DNA of 64,000 nt from a virus, in the IMG/VR virus record IMGVR_UViG_3300045988_135886; one strand, written 5' to 3'. Numbering within the stretch: the stretch's first letter is position 1; each line of letters starts with the position of its first letter. The notes under the pieces are model-generated. The model had not been told where the DNA came from and ran no database searches. It saw only the letters and a program-made list of their open reading frames with translations. This document shows, in pieces, positions 28,705 to 36,644 of this stretch. The position numbers and the translations under genes were made by a program.

Positions 28705-29178
28705 CTACTCCATAAATGATGAAACATGTACGGTTACAAAATCACTATGTGCACGAATATAATCCAAAGTTTTAACTGTATCTTCTACAATTGCAATCTG
28801 AGATGGCTTAAGTCCGAGCTTTTGTTGCAGCGTTTGAAGCACAGTAAGTTTTTCTGTCTTTTCTAAAGTGAAATAGATATTATCATCTGGCAGATCATAA
28901 TTGTCTTTTATAAAAGCTCTTTTACCAGGAATTTCATTTAAAGGACTCTTTGAACAGGTATATACTTTATTCACGCCTTTATTCTGAATAAACTCCTGCA
29001 TTAATTTGATCGGACGCACATCTTTATACGGATTCTCACCGGAAGCTACAAGTCTGTCCCATTCATCGTCAGTCATACTATGACTTAATTCAGAAAACTC
29101 ATACGGAGCAAGTACTCCATCTACATCCATTACTACAATCACATCATCTTTTAATAAATAATCTGTAATTTTACTCAT
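28705..29178 (-). CDS. HAD-superfamily hydrolase (nucleotidase-like)
   Basis: 157 aa. VVMDVDGVLAP DxDG motif. Confidence 0.55.
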   Translation of the reverse strand: MSKITDYLLKDDVIVVMDVDGVLAPYEFSELSHSMTDDEWDRLVASGENPYKDVRPIKLMQEFIQNKGVNKVYTCSKSPLNEIPGKRAFIKDNYDLPDDNIYFTLEKTEKLTVLQTLQQKLGLKPSQIAIVEDTVKTLDYIRAHSDFVTVHVSSFME

Positions 29179-30646
29179 CTTTGTTTCTTCCGTTTAATCT
29201 GTCTCTGATTTCTTTAAATATTTCTGTATGATATATTTCACCGTCTTTAAATACAGTTTTTAATGCCCCATCATAAACAAAGCTGTCATATCCATCTCTG
29301 CACCTTAATTCTCCATTTTCATCGTAATATACATGACAACATCCTTTATGAGATTTCTTTAAATGGCTTACATCTGTCTTTGGATCTTTGTAAATCATAA
29401 TCGGTTGTCCGTTAACTTCTCCAAATGTAGCTTTCATAGCAATGCCGAACATATCTCTGGTTACAACGACCATACGTCCATCAGGTTCTACAACTGCCGA
29501 GAAACAAAAAGCCCCAACTCCAAATACAATGTTGTTTGCAGCGAATCCTTTCTTCTCAAGTTCTTCCCATACCTTTTTTACATTGTTAAGAGTACAGCCA
29601 TCACCATAGATAATTCCAATATGAGGGTCCAGTACTTTGTAACCTTTGCTATTTACTGATCCTTTAAATGTATTCCAGAGTTTTTCGATAGTCTTAACTG
29701 AAATCTCTACCATATCACCAGAATCCGGACGAACCAAGAGCTTACCATTGTGCTGCATAATTTCTTTTTTGCAAGCTGGAAGAATATTGTCAATCATGTT
29801 CCAGTAATCATATGTATCAGATACCATGCTGAAAGATGCATTCGGATATAATTCTGTAAGTAGTCTTTTCACAAATGTAATTTCGTCTCCGTCCACAGCA
29901 TAATTTGAAGCCATGACCGCATGTTCGGTAGAAATCGCACCAATTCCAATATGACTCACGCTACAGTCATTGAAATAATATTTGTCCAAATAATCAATTG
30001 CCGGGATCGTACTTGTCTTATCAAAGGATAATAGCCAAGCAACGGAGCATCTCTCTGCTTCTTCCATACAGGACATTCCACGCATTCCAAAGTCTGAGCA
30101 GGCCATTTCAGGTCTTAAAATGTCGTCGCAGGTCTTTTTATAGTAGAAATTTGCCAGTTCTCTGTACATATGTCCAATTGTTGCATGAGCACACGGCTTC
30201 CAAAGCTCAACCTGCAGAATACACTCAATCCACTGCACAACCCATGCAAAATCTGGATGTGTATTCGTGATTTCAATGCATGGCACTCCCATAGGCACTA
30301 ATGTACCTTCCGGCAATGCACGGATCTGAATCGGAAGATACCCTAATTCGTGAAGTTTAAGGATTGGAGAAATATCGTAATTTCCTTCTCCTAACTGAAT
30401 GTCCATACTAATTGTATAAAGTTCTTGAACTTCATCAGTGCTTAATTTAAAGAAATCTCTTTTAAAATATGTAATAAGATATTCTTTAATAAAAGCCTGC
30501 AGTCCGAAGAAAACCATATGATCCTGCTCCTTTAACATTGATCTTCTCGGAGTCCAATAAGAGACTAACTTCGTCAATCCTCTCGGAAACATATTGTGGT
30601 GTACTTGTTTGTAAGTATCGCTTAACAGAATTGCTAAGGTATCCAT
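29171..30646 (-). CDS. NAMPT-family phosphoribosyltransferase (nicotinamide PRTase or NARP1 Namat-type)
   Basis: 491 aa. LLSDTYKQVHH, DFGMRG, VRPDSGD, IIYGDG, KDPKTDVSHLKKSHKG motifs. Confidence 0.85.
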   Translation of the reverse strand: MDTLAILLSDTYKQVHHNMFPRGLTKLVSYWTPRRSMLKEQDHMVFFGLQAFIKEYLITYFKRDFFKLSTDEVQELYTISMDIQLGEGNYDISPILKLHELGYLPIQIRALPEGTLVPMGVPCIEITNTHPDFAWVVQWIECILQVELWKPCAHATIGHMYRELANFYYKKTCDDILRPEMACSDFGMRGMSCMEEAERCSVAWLLSFDKTSTIPAIDYLDKYYFNDCSVSHIGIGAISTEHAVMASNYAVDGDEITFVKRLLTELYPNASFSMVSDTYDYWNMIDNILPACKKEIMQHNGKLLVRPDSGDMVEISVKTIEKLWNTFKGSVNSKGYKVLDPHIGIIYGDGCTLNNVKKVWEELEKKGFAANNIVFGVGAFCFSAVVEPDGRMVVVTRDMFGIAMKATFGEVNGQPIMIYKDPKTDVSHLKKSHKGCCHVYYDENGELRCRDGYDSFVYDGALKTVFKDGEIYHTEIFKEIRDRLNGRNKDE

Positions 30647-31035
30647 TATTTTTTATCCTCCTCTTTGTCGTTTACAACTTTGTCAATCTGGTCAGTAATA
30701 TAATCAACTACATCTTTGCCGGTTTTCCCAATCGCTTGTATATTATCTGTAGTTACATTATCTAATACAATCATTGTATACATTGTGTCTTTCGATGGAA
30801 TTACTGTAAAAAGTAAACTACTAATACAAAACCAAATAATCGATTTCTTTAAATACTTTTTGCATTTAATAATTAAATTATCATCTATATTATATCCCAT
30901 AAAACATGAAAACCGAATAATTAACAAAACCACTATTGCACATCCAAGTGAAAACAATACAACACTAAGCAATACATTTAAATTATCAAACAAATTAATC
31001 AAATAAATCAACCAAGGGTTAATAATTGGTTTCAT
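30646..31035 (-). CDS. Membrane protein, hypothetical
   Basis: 129 aa with three hydrophobic helices. Confidence 0.5.
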   Translation of the reverse strand: MKPIINPWLIYLINLFDNLNVLLSVVLFSLGCAIVVLLIIRFSCFMGYNIDDNLIIKCKKYLKKSIIWFCISSLLFTVIPSKDTMYTMIVLDNVTTDNIQAIGKTGKDVVDYITDQIDKVVNDKEEDKK

Positions 31036-31154
31036 AGTTTCTCATCTCCTTTATAATTTTATCAACTTCATATTCTCTTAAAATATCATCCACATCTTCT
31101 GTATGAGAATATCTATTAATGTATCTATATGTAGCAATTTCATAATCCATTGAT

Positions 31155-31361
31155 TCAATCTTCCCATTTGTATGTTTCTGTACAGTAATCTGGTAATTCT
31201 CTTAATGGACATAATTTAGGAATCGTTGAATGTTCTTTCCTTTTTAAAGAATTAATGTATTTATTTAATAATTGGCAATAATATCCATACGTTTCTAATT
31301 CTGAAAATGGGCATTCGTCACATGAATTAGGTTCTTCTATAATCAACATAACTTTACTCAT
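31155..31361 (-). CDS. Small Cys-rich protein
   Basis: 68 aa. CDECPF...C...LCPL. Confidence 0.45.
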   Translation of the reverse strand: MSKVMLIIEEPNSCDECPFSELETYGYYCQLLNKYINSLKRKEHSTIPKLCPLRELPDYCTETYKWED

Positions 31362-31413
31362 TATTGCTTTCTCCTGTAATTTCTCTTAAGCAAATACTTA
31401 TATCATCTAACCT

Positions 31414-32217
31414 TTATCTAAACCTCTCAATCAGTTCAATCTTAGGACTTTCCAGATTTGTCAGAATCGTATCTGTCGTATAAATCTTCTCAATCAATCC
31501 ATTGTTTTTCAAAAGCTCACCGTCATAAATCGTGTTCTCGCAATGAGTTACATAGAGATAAATCTTATTCACTCCTGCTTCTTTTAGTTTCTTAGCACTA
31601 TAATAAAAAGTACCGCCTTTGCTGCAGATATCATCTACAATAAGGATATCTTTACCTGGTAACTGATCAATTTCACCTGATAAATCTAAACCTTTAATCT
31701 CTCCAGTTTCCCAATCTCTATTCTTAATACCAAAAGTATATGGAAGATGTACTGCTGAAGAATATCGCTTCATGGATCCCGCATCCGGATAAAACATCAT
31801 AAGATTATTACTCGCAATCTTCTTAACAGTATCCTCAATCATTCGATTCGGGGATTCTACATGTACTTTATTAAATAATGCGGCAGATACATCAGAATGC
31901 GGATCTAAAACTTCTACTCTTCCAAAATGTAATGAATTAATAGTCTGAGCAAAATATTTTAAAGTAAATAATTCGTTCTCATGTTTAACTCGGTCCATAC
32001 GTGCATCTAGGATATAAGGCATATATAAATTAGGCACTACTCTATGATCCCAACAATATCTAGTAATATATTCAACTGCTGTTAATTCTTCCATTGATTC
32101 AAAGAACCATTCAATATTATCTCTACTCCATCCACCGATGGGTGGGAGATTCTTAAATAAAAATGTCCCATCCGGATATTTATCAAGTTTGATTTCTACA
32201 CCGTTTAATTTAATCAT
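31414..32217 (-). CDS. Ribose-phosphate pyrophosphokinase-like enzyme (Prs fold; candidate NARP1 Adps)
   Basis: 267 aa. YPDAGSMKR and ILIVDDICSKGGT PRPP-synthetase-type motifs. Lies about 0.8 kb from the NAMPT-like gene. Confidence 0.75.
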   Translation of the reverse strand: MIKLNGVEIKLDKYPDGTFLFKNLPPIGGWSRDNIEWFFESMEELTAVEYITRYCWDHRVVPNLYMPYILDARMDRVKHENELFTLKYFAQTINSLHFGRVEVLDPHSDVSAALFNKVHVESPNRMIEDTVKKIASNNLMMFYPDAGSMKRYSSAVHLPYTFGIKNRDWETGEIKGLDLSGEIDQLPGKDILIVDDICSKGGTFYYSAKKLKEAGVNKIYLYVTHCENTIYDGELLKNNGLIEKIYTTDTILTNLESPKIELIERFR

Positions 32218-32572
32218 TCCAAATCTCCTTATAGTTTATTTCTCGCTGATCAATGATGTTATCTCTTGTAAAAACAATCTCAAAATCTGAAATCTGCTTT
32301 GTACCAACTAACTGAAACTCATAAACTTTATATCCAAGTTTCTGAAGTTCAAGAACGTCAGTAAGGCTGAACCAGTGTTTTAATGTTTCCTTTGATGGTG
32401 CTGCTGAGAACCACTGTTTCCCACATTCTCTGTATAATTCACTATCTTCCATTGGCAGGTTTCTACTCAATCCTTCTGAGAGCTGGTCAAATACAGGATT
32501 CCACGTTCCATCAAAGTTTCTCCACAGTCCATGTTTTTCAGCCTGATCTTCTACTCTATATCCGAAAATCAT
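32210..32572 (-). CDS. Hypothetical protein
   Basis: 120 aa with no recognisable motif. Inside the NAD island. Confidence 0.5.
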   Translation of the reverse strand: MIFGYRVEDQAEKHGLWRNFDGTWNPVFDQLSEGLSRNLPMEDSELYRECGKQWFSAAPSKETLKHWFSLTDVLELQKLGYKVYEFQLVGTKQISDFEIVFTRDNIIDQREINYKEIWND

Positions 32573-32648
32573 TTTTTTCTCCTACTACATTAATCCGCAT
32601 CAAATCTTTGTGTTACTTTAACTTGATTAAATTAATCCACCTTATCCT

Positions 32649-33110
32649 TTACTTATGCTCAATATCACAGGTAGTTATTACAGACGGATTATTCAAATGA
32701 TTACCATTGCAGAAATTATTAATAAAATCCACCTGTCTTTGAAAGTAATCAATAGATTCACATAATGAAGTTTTCGCTTCGCTTAATAATCCTGCGACAA
32801 TTGTACTAATCTTAAACAGTTCATTTTCTTCATCATCATATTCAATACCATCTGCATGATTAAATGGACAAATCATCCCCTCATTTCTACATATAATAAA
32901 ATCACCATTCTTTTTATAGATTGAACAAACTAAAATATCATCGTCATAATGTCCATCAAATTCCAAAATCTGCAATGTTTCCACATCATTTTTTGTAACG
33001 ATTTTTGTTGTGATTGTTTCATCACAATCATTATCATATAAATAATTCTGAATATCCTCTAATGTAATTTCTTCTAATTTCTTCATTTCCACAGTATTTT
33101 CTCCTACCAT
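32649..33110 (-). CDS. Hypothetical acidic protein
   Basis: 153 aa. Confidence 0.5.
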   Translation of the reverse strand: MVGENTVEMKKLEEITLEDIQNYLYDNDCDETITTKIVTKNDVETLQILEFDGHYDDDILVCSIYKKNGDFIICRNEGMICPFNHADGIEYDDEENELFKISTIVAGLLSEAKTSLCESIDYFQRQVDFINNFCNGNHLNNPSVITTCDIEHK

Positions 33111-33111
33111 C

Positions 33112-33660
33112 TTATTTCTCTCCTATCACATTAATCTGGCAACTTTTCATCACTTCTAAAGCTGCTTTATGCTTCTCCGGTGAAGTCCCGGCACAGCATG
33201 ACGCATCAACTGTAATTTCTATATCCGGATAATGTGTTTTTAATACTAATGCATTAGTTACTACACAGATATCTGTGCATACACCAATAATTTCAACATC
33301 ATAACAACATATCCAATGGCTTATATTCCATCTATATCCAAAAGTATTTTTAGGATAAATCTTTTCCATTGTTGAAAGTTCAACATTTAATTCTGGAATA
33401 ATTTCATAGCCAGAAGTTCCTACAATACAATGTGACACTGGAAGTTTTTTGCCTTCTGGTGTTTCCAAATAATCATCGTAATGAGTATCAGTTGTAAAAA
33501 TAATCACATCATCTCTTGATCTATATTCTTCCACTTTTTTCACTATATTCGGTACAACTGCCTGAGCTTCCGGTGTACCTAGCGAACCTGTCACAAAATC
33601 ATTCTGAACATCAATAACAATCAAAATTTTCTTTTTATTTTCCACAAGTACTACCTCCAA
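33112..33660 (-). CDS. pncA: Nicotinamidase / isochorismatase-family cysteine hydrolase
   Basis: 182 aa. LIVIDVQNDF, TTDTHYDDYL...PVSHCI, GVCTDICV motifs. Confidence 0.75.
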   Translation of the reverse strand: MEVVLVENKKKILIVIDVQNDFVTGSLGTPEAQAVVPNIVKKVEEYRSRDDVIIFTTDTHYDDYLETPEGKKLPVSHCIVGTSGYEIIPELNVELSTMEKIYPKNTFGYRWNISHWICCYDVEIIGVCTDICVVTNALVLKTHYPDIEITVDASCCAGTSPEKHKAALEVMKSCQINVIGEK

Positions 33661-34234
33661 CAGTCATTCTCCCGAATGGGTACTCTACAACTCTATAGCT
33701 ACAAAGAATCTCCATTTCTTTAACAACGTCTCCTTTACACATCTCTAATAAGACACCAACTTCTTCTGCTACTTTTTTAATTTCAACTTTTTTCTCTTCT
33801 GCTGAACTTAAAGTAATAGTTCTCATTCCTCTGGTATAATCAGAAGTCATATCATAAATATTATTTGGTATTTCAACTTTAAACCCGGCATCTTTTAGAT
33901 CATTCATATGTAAAATTAAATCATGAGTATACTCATCTTCTGCAAGCAATTCCATTAATTTAATTTCAGCTTCCTTATCAATCTTTTCAATACTTCTTTT
34001 CTCCCAAAGTTCTATAATTGACATATCATTTTCCTTTCTTGTAAAATTATCTAGCTCATTTTCTTTAAAATAAAAATCTCCTTCTTCTGATTTTTCGTTG
34101 TAATAACTAGAGATATGTATTCTTATATTGTTAGAATAAACTGTTTTTACAATACCTGTAGCGCCTGTAATATCATATTGTTTATATTTTTTAGGCACTA
34201 TTATTACTTGTACTATATCTCCTACTTGAAACAT
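33635..34234 (-). CDS. Hypothetical protein with KVGD-type N-terminal mini-domain
   Basis: Starts MFQVGDIVQVIIVPKK. The track start at 34297 would run through tRNA-Leu and is rejected. Confidence 0.5.
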   Translation of the reverse strand: MFQVGDIVQVIIVPKKYKQYDITGATGIVKTVYSNNIRIHISSYYNEKSEEGDFYFKENELDNFTRKENDMSIIELWEKRSIEKIDKEAEIKLMELLAEDEYTHDLILHMNDLKDAGFKVEIPNNIYDMTSDYTRGMRTITLSSAEEKKVEIKKVAEEVGVLLEMCKGDVVKEMEILCSYRVVEYPFGRMTVGGSTCGK

Positions 34235-34258
34235 TTTTAACTCCTTTCTATTTATTAA

Positions 34259-34340
34259 TCCACCCAGAGAGACTCGAACTCTCACGCTATTAAGCATTAG
34301 AACCTAAATCTAACGTGTCTGCCAATTCCACCATGGGTGG
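34259..34340 (-). tRNA. tRNA-Leu (anticodon UAG), type II with long variable arm
   Basis: CCACCCA acceptor, TTAGA-TTTAGGT-TCTAA anticodon arm, GCT-TAAT-AGC variable arm, GAGAG-TTCGAGT-CTCTC T-arm, discriminator A. No encoded CCA. Confidence 0.85.
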
Positions 34341-34476
34341 GTACAACTGGCAGCCGAACTGCCAATTGTTAATAATGAAAGCGACTATTATATTTACTTA
34401 TTCACTACTTACCAGCCTTGTACAAACTAAGAGCCAAGTATAATCATGCTCATAAACTTTTACCAAGGATTTGATA

Positions 34477-34574
34477 AATCTTTATTCTTTATGCTTTATT
34501 CTTTAATCTTTAAACTGGGATAAACTTTGAATTTTGAATTTTAAGATTTGAGTTTTAATCTTTGAACTTTACAG
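34477..34574. repeat. Tract with 7-bp periodicity: 5 heptamers (AATCTTT ATTCTTT ATGCTTT ATTCTTT AATCTTT), a 14-nt spacer, then 7 heptamers (TTTGAAT x2, TTTAAGA, TTTGAGT, TTTAATC, TTTGAAC, TTTACAG)
   Basis: Read directly from the sequence. Lies in a 440-bp non-coding gap next to tRNA-Leu. Confidence 0.7.
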
Positions 34575-34782
34575 TACTATGGCTATCTGCCTCATCCAAT
34601 AATATAATATATTAAGCTTACAGGTCCTATACGACCACGTAATCCTAATCCATTTTGTATTTTATACTATTATCTACTGTATAAGTAATGCTGTGGTTTC
34701 TTTATTGTTTTATATATGTCTAACCCAGCTAAAAAGACATATAGATTATAGTTTAAAGTTTTCGATAAGCAGTGAATATATC

Positions 34783-35421
34783 TTAGTATGTAATTTCTAT
34801 TTCTGTCAGAGAATTACTTACTGAAAGTGCCGCATCTACTTCAGCAGTAAACTCTGCAATTTCTGTTTCTAAATCCTCCATTTCTTTAAGAACACCAATT
34901 GGATCAACAAGTTCCATTGTTTGAGCTTCTATATAAGCTTCTCTAGTTTTTGTAAACTCTTCAGTAGAGGTTTTACCTTCTTTACTGCCATAGAGCCCTA
35001 CAACATAATTTTCAGCTTTATCTTCCAATTTACCATTCTCAGTTATGATCTGAGCCATAGCAGCATCATACTGTTTTTTGATTTTCTGTTTTAAAAGTTT
35101 CTTGAAGTCCATTCCATGATTTTTCATTTCAATAGCTTCAGCTACTGTATACTCTTTATCAGCAACAGTGACTTTAGTTACTGCATTTGAAAGAACCACA
35201 GCTCTTTTAATAGCTTCTCTTCTCTTGATTAAATCAGTTGCTTTATCATAAGAAGATTTCATAACTCCTGTGTAAACTTTGATATCCACTCCTTTGACCT
35301 TTGTGTTAGAATGCTTATTTGAGATACAAGCTTCTACACTGTTGATTGCTTTTACGATGCGATCATCTAAGATCTTCAGTTCCGCTAATGCTTTGTGCAC
35401 ATTCATTTTTTCTGTTGTCAT
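34783..35421 (-). CDS. Hypothetical coiled-coil protein (possibly DIP1984/septicolysin-like)
   Basis: 212 aa from the ATG at 35421 with AGGAGG SD. KALAELKILDDRI...TVAEAIEMKNHG...SNSLTEIEI pattern. The track start at 35532 overlaps the tRNA-like element. Confidence 0.45.
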   Translation of the reverse strand: MTTEKMNVHKALAELKILDDRIVKAINSVEACISNKHSNTKVKGVDIKVYTGVMKSSYDKATDLIKRREAIKRAVVLSNAVTKVTVADKEYTVAEAIEMKNHGMDFKKLLKQKIKKQYDAAMAQIITENGKLEDKAENYVVGLYGSKEGKTSTEEFTKTREAYIEAQTMELVDPIGVLKEMEDLETEIAEFTAEVDAALSVSNSLTEIEITY

Positions 35422-35462
35422 AATAAATACCTCCTGAATTTTAAACTTTAATTTAATTGCCT

Positions 35463-35531
35463 GTGATAAGAGTGAACTCGAACCACCGACCTCATTTTTG
35501 CAGTGTGCTCTCCCAACTGAGCTACTTATCA
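35463..35531 (-). tRNA. Aberrant tRNA-like element or pseudogene: intact acceptor, D- and T-arms, but no pairable anticodon stem (CTGCAAA Cys-like loop sequence)
   Basis: TGATAAG-TA-GCTC-AGTTGGGA-GAGC-ACACTGCAAAAATG-AGGTC-GGTGG-TTCGAGT-TCACT-CTTATCA-C. The central segment is 14 nt instead of 18 and has no complementary arms. Confidence 0.4.
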
Positions 35532-35594
35532 CTTTTCATGCATGACCTGTCGTGCTGCAGTCACAACAGGATTATGTGTACTTATTCTTTCTCC

Positions 35595-35921
35595 TTATCC
35601 ATTATAATTCTCTCCGTAGATTGCTATTTCTGGTTTACCATTTTCATCTAATACGTAATATGGTGTAATGCCACTAACGCCACCATAACTGTCTGAACCT
35701 TGTGCTACATATACAATTTTAGTAGTTTTATCATATACAAAATATTGACTAAACATATACCACCCATCACTCGATGCGATTTTTATTTCCTTAAATTCAA
35801 TAAATTGTCCAAATGATTGAACTTTTTTCCCACTGTCATTTATCTCTTTGTCATCACATCCAGTAAACGAAAGTACCAATCCTGCCATCAATAATCCAAC
35901 AGTCAAATTTTTAATTTTCAT
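35595..35921 (-). CDS. Lipoprotein
   Basis: MKIKNLTVGLLMAGLVLSFTGC signal peptide with lipobox. Confidence 0.7.
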   Translation of the reverse strand: MKIKNLTVGLLMAGLVLSFTGCDDKEINDSGKKVQSFGQFIEFKEIKIASSDGWYMFSQYFVYDKTTKIVYVAQGSDSYGGVSGITPYYVLDENGKPEIAIYGENYNG

Positions 35922-36037
35922 TTAACTTCTCGCTTCCTTAAGTAATTCTTTTGAATTTTCATCATCTAATTCAAGTTCTCGCTTGTTTCTTTTTGAAACT
36001 CTACAGCCTATAAAAGTCACTCCTTCGTCAGGAGAAA

Positions 36038-36111
36038 TGGAAACTCTGGGACTCGAACCCAGGACCGACCGGTTATGAGCCGGTTGCTCTAACCAACTGA
36101 GCTAAGTTTCC
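36038..36111 (-). tRNA. tRNA-Met (CAU), elongator type, or Ile2 if lysidinylated
   Basis: GGAAACT acceptor, GCTC/GAGC D-stem, ACCGG-CTCATAA-CCGGT anticodon arm, CTGGG-TTCGAGT-CCCAG T-arm. Confidence 0.85.
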
Positions 36112-36535
36112 ATGTAGTGGGTGTTATAATTACACCCACAATATAGAAATGTAACAATATCTGTAAAAAACTTGCTTATGCAATCGTGTCAGTTACACGA
36201 ACGATCGTCATCACTCTCAAAAGCCCTCCCACATTATTTCTACCTCACTGACTCAATTACTTTTTTTGCTTCATAACTAATCTACACATCTGCTTAACCA
36301 GATCATCCTCCAACTTCCCACTTACAACCTCATTAGCACAAAGCACATCTATATAAATGTTTTGTACATCCAAACCATTGCTACCAATGCACTGTGTTCC
36401 CTTTCTCGAACAGGTTCCAGTTATTAAACCATCCAAATTTTCACTTAAGTTTTATCTATGTTCGCCATGAACATAAGTAGGTATACCTTAGTTCTATTGG
36501 TTACCTCTTTGGCCTTCAGAGCTAACTTAGAACTA

Positions 36536-36607
36536 CGGGGTAGATGGGATTCGAACCCATGAATGCAGCAGTCAAAGTGCTGTGCCTTACCGCTTGGCCA
36601 CTACCCT
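36536..36607 (-). tRNA. tRNA-Gln (UUG)
   Basis: CAGCA-CTTTGAC-TGCTG anticodon arm, ATGGG-TTCGAAT-CCCAT T-arm, A1-C72 mismatch at the top of the acceptor stem. Confidence 0.8.
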
Positions 36608-36644
36608 CTATAGATACCTATGAAGGTATCTATATATAGATTAT

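Noticed and set aside
34235-34297. N-terminal extensions of ORFs 33635..34297 and 34783..35532
   Set aside because: The extensions run through tRNA-Leu and the tRNA-like element respectively. Internal ATGs with good SDs (34234 and 35421) give sensible starts.
34477-34574. CRISPR array
   Set aside because: The repeats are 7-nt contiguous units without spacers. No 25-40-nt repeat/spacer architecture exists here or elsewhere in the window, and there are no cas genes apart from a stand-alone Cas4-like nuclease in the replication module.
34344-36633. Hairpins upstream of the tRNAs as rho-independent terminators
   Set aside because: None of the four hairpins is followed by a U-tract on the transcribed strand, and each abuts the 5' end of a tRNA. 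Processing or stability elements are more likely.
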